IMG/VR virus record: IMGVR_UViG_3300037852_000415 | Span: 1 to 64,000 of that record | Direction: 5' to 3' (one strand) | Origin: a virus | DNA: 64,000 bases | Shown: positions 47,274 to 56,538 of the stretch, in pieces | How the letters are laid out: each line of letters opens with the position of its first letter | Numbering within the stretch: the stretch's first letter is position 1 | The notes under the pieces: model-generated | Seen by the model: only the letters and a program-made list of their open reading frames with translations | What the model was told of the DNA's origin: nothing | Databases searched by the model: none | Position numbers and translations under genes: made by a program

Positions 47274-48803
47274 ATGGCTACAGCAGAAAACGACGGCCTG
47301 GAGGCCTTCGAGGAGTCGAGTATCGAGGAAGAGACTGAAGAGGAAGAGGCTGGTGAAGAAGAGCCCGAAGAGGTGCCCGCCCCGCCCGCGCCTGTGCACC
47401 TCGCCAAGACTAAGACGCCCGGCGCGGCTGCCGATAAGAAGCGAAAGCCCCGCAACGACAAGGGCGGCACCCACGCTGCGCCCGGTGAGGGGTGGACCAA
47501 TCGCGAGGCAGACCTCATGTGGCCCGAGATGCTTCAACGCATCGGGCGGCTCAATCCCCCGCGTACGCCGTACGACCTCAGCATCCAAGTGATTCGGTTG
47601 TCGCCATCAGCGGTGACGTTGCCGAACCAGATCGACGGCGCCTACGTCGTCGGCGACAAGCGCCGTTCACCGGGTGACGCGCTCAGGGAAGCCGTCATCG
47701 ACTACTACCACCTGCCCGCCAACTGCGGCCCCGAAGAGTACGAGCTACGTTTCGTATGGAAGCAGACCGGGCGCGTCTACGGCAGGGGGAAGCTCACTCT
47801 CCCCTCCTGCGAAGAGATCATCGGCTACAGGCAGGCTGCCGAGCGCATGCGGCGCCGCCCCAGACAGGCTCACGGAGGCATGGCGAATCCGGCGCTCGAC
47901 GATGCGCCGTACGATGAATTCGAGCCGCCCCAGGCGCCGCGCAGGACCCCCGTAGGCTACGGCGCTGCGCCGCCGCAAGCGCCGGTGTTTGCGCCTGCGC
48001 CGTCGGCGTCGGCTGCGGACGCCTCTGGCGAGGTTGGCTACCTGCGACAGCAAGTAGGCTACTTGAGCGGGCAGCTGCAGCAGCTGATGGGTCTCATGGG
48101 CAAGCCTGGCTTCGGCGCCGCGCCGCCGTCGACGGCGCCAACCGGTGTCGCTGCAGCGCCGATGCCTGCGCCGCAAGCGCCGCCTGCCTCCTTAGAGGAG
48201 GCGATTGAGCGCGCCGCCGAGCGCATCCTAGCGCGCGCCGGCATCAAGCCGGGTATGCCGGGTGTCGGCACCGCCGGTACGCCCCCGCCTACCCCCGCAA
48301 GTGCCACTAACGAGCTTCACGCCGGCATCAACGCCTTCCGCACCTTCGTCGGTTTGGGCAAAGAGCTCCGACATCTCGCGAAGGAATTGAACAACGACTT
48401 CGGCGAAGGCGCCGGGGGCGCCGACGAAGAGCCGCAGCAGCTCATAGCGGAGCCCGTCGTCACTCCACCTAGCCCCGAGGATAAGCTCCCTTTCGAGGTG
48501 GTGCCCATTCCCGAGACAGACTTCCTCGGACACCCCGCAAAGTACGCCATCGATAAGGAGACGGGCGGCTTCTCGAGGGAGGGCTTCTTCATGGCGAACC
48601 CCGGTCTCGCTGAAAAAGCCATCGAAGTTGGCGGCAAGCTTGTCGAGGCGCTTAGCCGTATCGGTAAGGGCGGGGCCCCCCAGCAAGCTGCGGCGGAAGT
48701 CGTGCGCGAGATTCCTAGGGGTGCAGTAGACGCAGGCGTCGCCGGCAACGGTGGCGGCAGTAACGATGGCGGTGAAGTGCCGGACGGTAACGGAGGACTC
48801 TAG
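47274..48803 (+). CDS. Acidic/Pro-rich putative morphogenesis or scaffold protein
   Basis: Poly-E N-terminus; low-complexity centre punctuated by GYGA, GFGA, GVAA, GVGT. Confidence 0.65.
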   Translation: MATAENDGLEAFEESSIEEETEEEEAGEEEPEEVPAPPAPVHLAKTKTPGAAADKKRKPRNDKGGTHAAPGEGWTNREADLMWPEMLQRIGRLNPPRTPYDLSIQVIRLSPSAVTLPNQIDGAYVVGDKRRSPGDALREAVIDYYHLPANCGPEEYELRFVWKQTGRVYGRGKLTLPSCEEIIGYRQAAERMRRRPRQAHGGMANPALDDAPYDEFEPPQAPRRTPVGYGAAPPQAPVFAPAPSASAADASGEVGYLRQQVGYLSGQLQQLMGLMGKPGFGAAPPSTAPTGVAAAPMPAPQAPPASLEEAIERAAERILARAGIKPGMPGVGTAGTPPPTPASATNELHAGINAFRTFVGLGKELRHLAKELNNDFGEGAGGADEEPQQLIAEPVVTPPSPEDKLPFEVVPIPETDFLGHPAKYAIDKETGGFSREGFFMANPGLAEKAIEVGGKLVEALSRIGKGGAPQQAAAEVVREIPRGAVDAGVAGNGGGSNDGGEVPDGNGGL

Positions 48804-48805
48804 TC

Positions 48806-49123
48806 ATGGCTAAGAAGCAAAAGTCGACGGCGTCGGAAGCTTTCAAGAACACCCCGAAGACGCGCGTCATGCGCCCCGGTAGAAAGCCGACGAAGTACTG
48901 GCTCGACATCGACGCCGCGCTTACCATCGACGACAATACGAGTTTCGCGTTCAAGTTCCACGGGCTCGCGCCGAAGTTCGGAGGCCTCAGGCCGGAGGAG
49001 CTGCCTACGCTCCTGCGCGACCTAGCCGCGCAGCTAGAGAGCCAAGTGTCCACGTTCGATCTTGGCGCTATGGCCGGCGAAGCGGCCGCAGCCAAGGCGA
49101 CATCGAAGAAACAGCCGAACTAG
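48806..49123 (+). CDS. Hypothetical protein
   Basis: Follows 47274-48803 directly. Confidence 0.6.
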   Translation: MAKKQKSTASEAFKNTPKTRVMRPGRKPTKYWLDIDAALTIDDNTSFAFKFHGLAPKFGGLRPEELPTLLRDLAAQLESQVSTFDLGAMAGEAAAAKATSKKQPN

Positions 49124-50256
49124 GGCGCGGCGCTGACGACGACCGTCATCATGAACACCAGGTTCACGACGTTATTGCCGGAGTTGTCCAAGCCGTAGCG
49201 CGAGAAGACCAACGTGCCCCTGCCGGGCGACGTAGCTTGGAACGTGATGACGCCTTGGTCGGCTGCTTGTGAGGCCGCCGACTCCTGCCCCGCCATCGTG
49301 GTGATGGGCATCTGGCCGCCGTCGAGGGCGGCCGCGCCCCACGTGTTGCCGCTTGCGTCGACCCACCCGGTGTACCAGGAGTTGCAGTACACCCCCGGCG
49401 TGCTCGTGCTGCCCGAGGCGAAGACACCGCCGCGTGAATCCTGCGAGTTTTGCGGCGCCTGGGGCACGCACATGGGCGTCGCCGTCGGGTCGTTGAAGAT
49501 GAACGACACCACGTCCCCGACGTTCAGCGCGATGGGGTTACCGATCTGCTTGCCGTAGGTCGATACCGACTGGTTGACCCCGTTCGGCCAGCTGACTGCG
49601 TAGCTCTTGGGCACGTAGGGGGGCGCCTGCTGAGCGCCGCCGCCGTGCGGGTTGAAGACGACGACGCCCCCGCCCCCGTTGCTGCCGGGCTTGATCGTGG
49701 CGCCGCCGGTGTTCTTCGCGCCCCCGCCTTGGTTGACGACGAAACCGCCGCCGGTAAAGACGCCTGTGTTGGCGCCTTTCTGCGTAGCACCTGCTTGGTT
49801 GGACCCGCTACCGCCGCCCTGGTTGACGCCGCCGATAGCAGCGCTGACAGTTACCGTAGCGCTCAGCGACGGCACCCCCGAGACGGGCTGCCCCGTCGAG
49901 CTCGAGTAGAGCGTCGCGGCAATCATCGACGCGCCGACCTGCAGCCCCGTGAGGGTGAAGCTGTGGAGTGCCGGGCTTCCGACGCCGCCGCCCGTCGTGC
50001 CGACGTCGACGATGCTTACGACGGCGTTATTCTTCGCTTGCATCACCCACGCACTGCCGAGCATCTCGGGAAGCGTCACGCGCACCGGCACCCCGATGAC
50101 GAGTGGAATCGACGCGGGTAGAGACGCGCCGTTGTTGGCGGCGCCGCCCCCGCTTGTCGACGCTGCCGGCTTGTTACCGAGCAGTAGAAAACCGCCGACG
50201 CCAAGAATCGCCGCGGCGGCGCCGATGCCAACCCAAACCTTCGTCGACTCTTTCAT
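49120..50256 (-). CDS. N-anchored membrane protein with two Ig-like domains and Gly-rich linker
   Basis: N-terminal TM; FTLTGLQVGAS and FQATSPGRGTLVF Ig/chagasin-like strands. Confidence 0.7.
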   Translation of the reverse strand: MKESTKVWVGIGAAAAILGVGGFLLLGNKPAASTSGGGAANNGASLPASIPLVIGVPVRVTLPEMLGSAWVMQAKNNAVVSIVDVGTTGGGVGSPALHSFTLTGLQVGASMIAATLYSSSTGQPVSGVPSLSATVTVSAAIGGVNQGGGSGSNQAGATQKGANTGVFTGGGFVVNQGGGAKNTGGATIKPGSNGGGGVVVFNPHGGGAQQAPPYVPKSYAVSWPNGVNQSVSTYGKQIGNPIALNVGDVVSFIFNDPTATPMCVPQAPQNSQDSRGGVFASGSTSTPGVYCNSWYTGWVDASGNTWGAAALDGGQMPITTMAGQESAASQAADQGVITFQATSPGRGTLVFSRYGLDNSGNNVVNLVFMMTVVVSAAP

Positions 50257-50516
50257 CGTCTTTTCCTAGTTGCCAGCGTTGCCGCCGCCACCGGCGCTGC
50301 TGGCGCCGCTATTCGGGCCGCCGCCTTGGGAGCCTCCTGGGGCGACACCGCTGGAGCCGCCCCCACTCGAGCCTCCGCCACCACCAGAGGGCGGTTGAGG
50401 CGGTGCCGGGGCAGTTGCGTTTGCTGCGCGGCGTTGGCGCTGTTCGCCCAGAGAGCCACGCCCACAATCGCGGCTACGGCCCCGACGCCGAGCAGGATCT
50501 TCGTGGACTTCTTCAT
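50253..50516 (-). CDS. Small N-anchored membrane protein, possibly frameshifted
   Basis: MKKSTKILLGVGAVAAIVGVALW; the -1 frame gives a G/S-rich tail ending at 50266. Confidence 0.55.
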   Translation of the reverse strand: MKKSTKILLGVGAVAAIVGVALWANSANAAQQTQLPRHRLNRPLVVAEARVGAAPAVSPQEAPKAAARIAAPAAPVAAATLATRKRR

Positions 50517-50594
50517 CTTGCCGCCACGGCGGCTTCTGCTGCGGTGTCTCATAGGGGGTAGCTTACTCCAACGTCATACTGTAGGCTACAGCTT

Positions 50595-51719
50595 ATGCGC
50601 AGCGCGCGTGACGCAGAGCTGATGCTGATGCCCCACTTGCGGCGCGGCGTCGGGCAGCTTTCAGACTCGGCGCAGATTCAAAGCGTACTCGGAGGCATCC
50701 CAGGCGTCAGCCAAGGCCAAGTCAATCAAGCCATTACGACGTACAACGGGCTAACTTCGGCGGCGACCGGGAGCATCCTCGGCATCCTCAATGGCGGCCC
50801 CATCAACGCCGCTACGCTTGGGCCGGTTGTGGCGTCTGGGATGGCTTTGTTAGGCGCTACGGCGCCCGAGATTGCTGCAGTGGCGATCGGCTTGTCGGTG
50901 CTCGGCGCTTTCGCCTCCTTGTTCGCCCCGGCGCCTCAGAACTGTAGTTGGCGTGTCGCCAACAAGTGTTTCAACGCCAACCGCCCTTCGGGCCCCGGCG
51001 ACCCAGCGTGGATGACGTGGGGTCAATTCGCCCAGAACCCGCTCGACGTCGCGGCGGCGTTCCCTTGGTACTACGTGCAGGCGTGCGACCTCGGCGCCAT
51101 CAACTCGACGCCTACGCCATCACCGCAGCTGCAGTTTCTGAAGACGTACTACGCTGCGTGGCAAGCGAACGCCGAGTATCTCATCAACGGGTATCAGGCG
51201 ATTGACGATTGCGCCCTCCTGACGATTGTGGCTAACGCGTGGAACAACGGGCACGACGGGAGCTCTACGTATACATTCCAACCGACGCCCGCTTTCGGTC
51301 TTCAATCTGAGTGGGATTCGAGCTTCCCTGGCGGCATTCCCCGTGCGGTGCAGTGCCCCGGAGACCAAAACCTGCCCCCATTCGTTCCCGGCGCGCCGCC
51401 GACAGCTAGGAGCTACGTCGGCCTCTTGATGGATGGTGACATCACCGCTACGCGATGCAGCGCCCAGGGGCTTCCCATCAACACGGGCGGGGCGTTCTTG
51501 ACGAGCCACTTCATCCTGCCCCCCAAGGGCCCATCGGTGCCATCGACGACGTCAACAGGCGCGAAGGTTGCACTCGGAGGCGCCGCAGTCGTTGGCGCCG
51601 GGCTGTTGGGGATTGGCTTGTTGGCGCTTATCAAGGGGTGGGGCTTCGGTAAGGCAGTCGACTACGTGTGGGGTAAGACGGGCAAACCCGCCATCGCCTA
51701 CGTCAAGAAACACGTCTAA
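50595..51719 (+). CDS. Putative virion membrane protein
   Basis: RRGVGQ near N-terminus; internal and C-terminal hydrophobic helices. Confidence 0.7.
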   Translation: MRSARDAELMLMPHLRRGVGQLSDSAQIQSVLGGIPGVSQGQVNQAITTYNGLTSAATGSILGILNGGPINAATLGPVVASGMALLGATAPEIAAVAIGLSVLGAFASLFAPAPQNCSWRVANKCFNANRPSGPGDPAWMTWGQFAQNPLDVAAAFPWYYVQACDLGAINSTPTPSPQLQFLKTYYAAWQANAEYLINGYQAIDDCALLTIVANAWNNGHDGSSTYTFQPTPAFGLQSEWDSSFPGGIPRAVQCPGDQNLPPFVPGAPPTARSYVGLLMDGDITATRCSAQGLPINTGGAFLTSHFILPPKGPSVPSTTSTGAKVALGGAAVVGAGLLGIGLLALIKGWGFGKAVDYVWGKTGKPAIAYVKKHV

Positions 51720-51725
51720 GGAGTT

Positions 51726-52061
51726 GTGATGAGATCTTCAGTCGCAGCCGGAATTGTCCAAGGCGTGATCGGCGCGGCGGTTGTGACCGCTAGTGGGGCG
51801 GCCGTAGGCGCAGCGACAGCGGCGCCGTGCGGCTCTCATCCCGGTGAGTTGCTAGGCGATCTGTTCTGCGGCGCCGCCGGGGGCGCGCGGCTAGGGGCCG
51901 GCTACGGGCTATTGGCCAGCGGTGCTGTCGGTATTGGAGTCGCGCTGCTCTCCTCTAGATACCGCGCCGCTGGGCTAACCATGGCGGGCATTACGGTGGC
52001 TTTGGCTATACCCGGCGTAATATCGCAGGCCCTCAAACCGCCGCCCCCAACGACGACGTAG
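51726..52061 (+). CDS. Small multi-TM Gly/Ala-rich protein
   Basis: Three hydrophobic segments. Confidence 0.6.
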   Translation: MMRSSVAAGIVQGVIGAAVVTASGAAVGAATAAPCGSHPGELLGDLFCGAAGGARLGAGYGLLASGAVGIGVALLSSRYRAAGLTMAGITVALAIPGVISQALKPPPPTTT

Positions 52062-52093
52062 AATGCGCGACGTGCTCGTTCGGTGGATGAGCC

Positions 52094-52378
52094 ATGCAGT
52101 CTGAACTCGTCGGTCTCCTTTCTGGCGTCCTTGGCGACTCTCTGGCAAGGCGGTTGTTCTCGCTGATCGCCGAGCGTGGAAAGATGCGGCTACGCGACCT
52201 TGCCGAGGAGACCTCAGACGAACCCGAACCTGACATTGCGGCTGCGAGGCGAAGGTTGGATCAGCTCACACGGGCGGGCTTGATCGAAGAGGCTCCGGCG
52301 TCGATTCCTGACTGGAGCGTCTACTACATCACCTCGCGCGGCCTGACTACCTTCCGGCAACTTGGGCTCACCGCATAA
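52094..52378 (+). CDS. Winged-helix DNA-binding protein
   Basis: LRDLA...RRLDQLTRAGLIE...YYITSRG. Confidence 0.75.
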   Translation: MQSELVGLLSGVLGDSLARRLFSLIAERGKMRLRDLAEETSDEPEPDIAAARRRLDQLTRAGLIEEAPASIPDWSVYYITSRGLTTFRQLGLTA

Positions 52379-52380
52379 CC

Positions 52381-52950
52381 GTGCTCGCCGCCGCCCTCTT
52401 TGCTGTCGGCGGAAGCCTGATCCTTGGTGCCATTGAGGTGTTCGCTCGGCTAGGCTTGGCGCAGACGCCTCCGACAACTGTCGGTGTGCACATTGATTGG
52501 GTACAGCTTCCGAGCGGTCAAGACGTCCAAGTTACTAAGGGCTATGCCTACGCGGGCATCGTCAGTATCAAGAAGACTCGTACTAAAACAGACATAGCGG
52601 CCTTCCTGTTGAAGCGCGGACTGTCGATATCCGATTATGCCGAGCAAGGGCAGCGCCCCGATATCCCCGTCGACCCAGACCCGGACTACAAGACGGTCAC
52701 GTTGATGACGGCGGTAGCCGTAGCCAGCGACGGAACGATCCCCTGGCAGATGCCCGCGCTGCTCTCAGGGAGAGACCACGCCATCATTGTATGGGCCGGC
52801 ACGCCGAGCGGCTCTGGACTGCCGCCGGAACCGCCGGCTCCGCCTACTCCGGTGTGGCCGTATGTGGTAGGCGCCGTAGTCGTAGTGGGCTGCGGGTTGA
52901 CTGTGTGGGAGGTGTATCGCCGAGAGACGTCGAAAAGACGAGGCGCCTAG
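52381..52950 (+). CDS. Membrane protein with C-terminal anchor
   Basis: N- and C-terminal TMs, RLGLAQ motif, basic tail. Confidence 0.65.
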   Translation: MLAAALFAVGGSLILGAIEVFARLGLAQTPPTTVGVHIDWVQLPSGQDVQVTKGYAYAGIVSIKKTRTKTDIAAFLLKRGLSISDYAEQGQRPDIPVDPDPDYKTVTLMTAVAVASDGTIPWQMPALLSGRDHAIIVWAGTPSGSGLPPEPPAPPTPVWPYVVGAVVVVGCGLTVWEVYRRETSKRRGA

Positions 52951-53305
52951 CGCGAAGCTGCTTAGTCTGCGGAGCTATGTACTACCTCCTCTGCGAAAAG
53001 CACCGCATCAACAACTACTTCAAGTCGCGCCCACCGAGCGGTTCCGGCGCTGTCGCTACCTTCTGGTTCTTTGACTGCACCAACCTGAAGAGCGTCGAGC
53101 ACGCCTTCAACGATGCGCTCGCGTCAGGGAAGAAGTTCAGCGTCTTTCGCCCCTTCCCCATCGCGGGGAGCTGGTTCGGCTGCGACATCGTGGGGTACAC
53201 CCACAGGCCCAATGTCGGCATACACTCTGATGAGGCGGAAGCTGAGCGCCGGGGCGATATGCTCCACGAGTGGATCGAGACGCGAGCGCTGCGCATGGTG
53301 TAGAT

Positions 53306-53416
53306 ATGCTTGATGTTTTCGACACTATCCCGCCCGATGCGCACGCTCTACTGGTGCTTGTCGCCGTCGGCATGTTGCTGTTCGGTGCTGGCCTCTTGGC
53401 GATGCGTAAGCGCTAA
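53306..53416 (+). CDS. 36-aa membrane peptide
   Basis: Own translation MLDVFDTIPPDAHALLVLVAVGMLLFGAGLLAMRKR*. Confidence 0.55.
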   Translation: MLDVFDTIPPDAHALLVLVAVGMLLFGAGLLAMRKR

Positions 53417-53476
53417 CGCAGTTGCGCACACGAGTACGCAGCGGTAACCTATCGTAGTCAAAAGGAGACTACCAAG

Positions 53477-53992
53477 ATGGGCTGCTGCTCCAACTGTGAC
53501 AAAGGCCTGCCGTGCGCCGACGGTAATGGCGACCTGAACCCCGCTGTAGCTGCCGGTATCGCGGGCAGCGGTATGGGCGCTACCGCCATCGAGATGCAGG
53601 CCCTGCTAAAGTCTCGAGCGATGTCGCCGGCCCAGCGCGCGATGCAGGGCCACGTGCTGATTCAGCAGATGATGAGCGGTCGGCCGATCCGAGGTTTCGG
53701 CCAAGCCGGGGCCGTGCCCGCGAAGACGTGCTGCGGTGGCGGCACCATTATCGACGCGAACGGCAACTGCGTCCCCGCCTGTGTGAGCTCGGTGGGTGGC
53801 GCCGCCGGCAGCGTCGCCGCTAGCATACCGTCGGTAAACGGCCTCTGCCCCCAAGGCTTCCAGCTCGCGCCCCAGGGCATCGCCGACTACTGGTGCCAGG
53901 CGTCGACTACGGCGAAGGTCGCTGTCGTTGCCGGCGGCGTCGGCGTCGTCGGCCTGGGCGCCTGGCTCTTGATGCGCAAGAAGAGGAAGTAG
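53477..53992 (+). CDS. Cys-rich membrane protein with C-terminal anchor
   Basis: AGGAG RBS; GMGA and GFGQ motifs; TM then RKKRK. Confidence 0.75.
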   Translation: MGCCSNCDKGLPCADGNGDLNPAVAAGIAGSGMGATAIEMQALLKSRAMSPAQRAMQGHVLIQQMMSGRPIRGFGQAGAVPAKTCCGGGTIIDANGNCVPACVSSVGGAAGSVAASIPSVNGLCPQGFQLAPQGIADYWCQASTTAKVAVVAGGVGVVGLGAWLLMRKKRK

Positions 53993-54430
53993 ATGCCCCC
54001 CACCAACCAAGGGCGCGCGCTCGTCGCGCGCATGTACCGTGGGCTCGGTCAAGCCTCGAACGCGGCGCTGCCCCCGGGTACCGTAGCGAACCCCACCTAC
54101 GACCCTAACGCCGCCGCCGGTACGCACAACGCGTTTACGTGGGTGTCACAAGTCAGTGGGCTCAACGACGGCGACTGTTCGCAGAGCGCAGTCATCGACC
54201 CCATCACCGGCCAGTGCGCGAATCTCTGCCCCGACAACTCTCGGCCAGCGAACGGCTGCCCGCCCGCGACAGGCATTCCGCTCTGGTGGGGCCTCCTCCC
54301 CATGTGGCAGAAGGTTGCCGTCGGCGCGGGCGGCGCGGCGGTGGTGCTCGGCGGCGGATACATGCTGCTTCACAAGAGTAAGCCCGCCGCGCGACACGCG
54401 AAACGCCGCGCTAAGCATCGCAGAAGGTAG
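53993..54430 (+). CDS. Cys-containing membrane protein with C-terminal anchor
   Basis: YRGLGQ motif; TM then basic tail. Confidence 0.75.
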   Translation: MPPTNQGRALVARMYRGLGQASNAALPPGTVANPTYDPNAAAGTHNAFTWVSQVSGLNDGDCSQSAVIDPITGQCANLCPDNSRPANGCPPATGIPLWWGLLPMWQKVAVGAGGAAVVLGGGYMLLHKSKPAARHAKRRAKHRRR

Positions 54431-54433
54431 CAA

Positions 54434-54946
54434 GTGGATAGGCGCCTCGCTTGGGCACTTGGCGCAGTCGCGGTCGCAGGTGCGGCCGTCGGAGCGCTAA
54501 TCTTAGCGAGCGGCAGCAAGCCATCTGCGCCGAGCGGCGGCGTCACGCCGGCACCGGGCGGCGGCAATGGGGGCTCCGGTGTGAAACCCTCCTCCGACCC
54601 GTGGGGCGACCTGAAGACGCAGATTCAGATTCTCGACTTGAGCGCGAATAACCTCCGCGCCGACACGTTCGTCAATCACCCTACCGTGTGGGCGGTGTGG
54701 GTGGATGCGGGTACCGTCATGGACGACGCTAACAACCTGATGACGAATCCCGCCGGGCAGCCGCTAAAGCCCCCGGCATCCGCGGCGGGCCTCGCGACGC
54801 TCAACACCGACGTCACGAAGCTCTTTCAAGATTCCGCCGCGGCATCAACGGCTACATTGGTGCCTGCGTCGACGAAGGTGCTCGTCGCGGCTGTTGCGGC
54901 GGCGACGCTGGGCGTGTCGCGAGCCGCGTCTACCGCTGGTGTCTAA
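54434..54946 (+). CDS. N-anchored membrane protein
   Basis: TM then G/S/P linker. Confidence 0.65.
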   Translation: MDRRLAWALGAVAVAGAAVGALILASGSKPSAPSGGVTPAPGGGNGGSGVKPSSDPWGDLKTQIQILDLSANNLRADTFVNHPTVWAVWVDAGTVMDDANNLMTNPAGQPLKPPASAAGLATLNTDVTKLFQDSAAASTATLVPASTKVLVAAVAAATLGVSRAASTAGV

Positions 54947-55268
54947 ACCGCGTCTTGCGTCTGGCTGAGGGCGTCTCTATGTTGAGACGGTACCTAGAGT
55001 CGGCGACCGCTGAGTTGCGTCGCGCCGTCATGGGAGACGCGGCTTGAAGTCAGGATGAAGGGAGGTTAGGGTGTCAAAGCGAAAGGTGATGCGGGCGAAG
55101 CGGGTGACATGGGGAGGGGTAGACCCCGCTTCGACAGAGTACAGGCGACGGGTTTTGTTGGCGGCGTTTGAGGCGTTGTCGACCGCATTCGAGGGAGTGT
55201 CAGTGGAGCGGATCGAGCTTGTAGTCTCAAGACGGAAACCTGAAGTGAGGTGAATCCAAGGCGGGAGG

Positions 55269-55616
55269 TTGAGACGAATGGGTTATACGATCTGGCCGGA
55301 TGGCGTGGGCGGAGACGTGCTCCAGGAGATTCATCGGGAGCGGTTTCGACAAGAGGACTTGCAGCCCAAGGGAAAGTTTCCTTGGACGTGCGCGGCGCCG
55401 AGCGTGTCGGACGAAGCGAAGCTCGCGGTGCTGGCGGAGGAGTTTGGCGAGGTGGCTCGCGAGGTCACGGAGCAACTCATTGACCGTGGGCGACGGGTAC
55501 GGGACGAGGACGAGATCGAGGCGCGGGCGCTCGCGGCATCTCGTCGGAAGATTCGGGAGGAGTTGATCCGGGTGGCCGCGGTGGCGGCGGCGTGGGCTGA
55601 ATCGCTTACGAAGTGA
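55269..55616 (+). CDS. MazG-like NTP pyrophosphohydrolase
   Basis: VLAEEFGEVA...REELIRVAAVAAAW. Confidence 0.75.
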   Translation: MRRMGYTIWPDGVGGDVLQEIHRERFRQEDLQPKGKFPWTCAAPSVSDEAKLAVLAEEFGEVAREVTEQLIDRGRRVRDEDEIEARALAASRRKIREELIRVAAVAAAWAESLTK

Positions 55617-55686
55617 ATTGGGCGAGACGGGCAGAGTACGTCGCCAAGTGTGAGGGCTGAGGTTCACTGAGTCCAAGGCGAGGAGG

Positions 55687-56049
55687 TTGAGAGGCGTGGG
55701 TGCGAAGACTTTCGAGATGCTGAAGGACGAGGCGCATTACGCGTGGCTCGTATGGTGTCCAGCGTGCAACGAGCCCCATCTCTTCGACGGCCGTTGGACG
55801 TTCAATGGCAATCATGAGCAGCCAAGTTTCCAAGCTTCGATGCTCGTACACGGGTTCCCGGACGAAAAGCCCTCACCGGAGCATCCGCGATGCCACTCGT
55901 TCCTTACGGATGGCGTGTGGAACTACTGCGCCGATTCGACGCACGAGCATGCGGGCAAGTCGCTTCCGGCTCCAGATTGGGCCGATACACGATGGTCTCG
56001 CATGCGACCGGATGGCGTGGTGCCGGCACCGGACGGAGACGCGACCTAG
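55687..56049 (+). CDS. DUF6527-like Cys/His protein
   Basis: CPAC...H...WTFNG....PSF..S...CHSFLTDG....DSTH. Confidence 0.6.
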   Translation: MRGVGAKTFEMLKDEAHYAWLVWCPACNEPHLFDGRWTFNGNHEQPSFQASMLVHGFPDEKPSPEHPRCHSFLTDGVWNYCADSTHEHAGKSLPAPDWADTRWSRMRPDGVVPAPDGDAT

Positions 56050-56073
56050 GGTTTCCAACAACAGAGGAGTGTT

Positions 56074-56484
56074 ATGGATAACGGAGACGTGAGTGGCGCG
56101 TTCGTGCGCAAGGCGTGGCTTCAACAGGTCAACATCGTCGGCTTCCAGCTGACCACCGAAGGCGTCTTCGCGCCTCTGGTAGCCGTCGAGCCCTCCGAAG
56201 ACGAGAACGCGAAAGCCGCCGCCGCTATCCCGACGGGCCCGTACTGGTTTTGGCACAGCGGCATGGGCGCTGTCTGCCTCCCCGGCCCTCAGGGCTTCAT
56301 CGGCTTCAAGGCGCGAGACTTGAAGGAAGCGGGTTGGCGAATTGATGAAGTCGAGCTCGCGCGGCTTTTGCCCCGAGTGCCGGGAAGCGGGCTGGCTTCC
56401 GGCGCTGGCGGAGACGTGAAAGCCGAAGCAGAAGCCGCGCGCCGCCGCGCGCTCATCGATAGGGGCCTCAAGGGCCGGCGATAA
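56074..56484 (+). CDS. Hypothetical protein
   Basis: GAGGAG RBS. Confidence 0.6.
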   Translation: MDNGDVSGAFVRKAWLQQVNIVGFQLTTEGVFAPLVAVEPSEDENAKAAAAIPTGPYWFWHSGMGAVCLPGPQGFIGFKARDLKEAGWRIDEVELARLLPRVPGSGLASGAGGDVKAEAEAARRRALIDRGLKGRR

Positions 56485-56538
56485 GCGACGGCAGTGCGGC
56501 GGTAGCCTCAACCGTCGCCTGAGTGCTATGCTTGCCGC

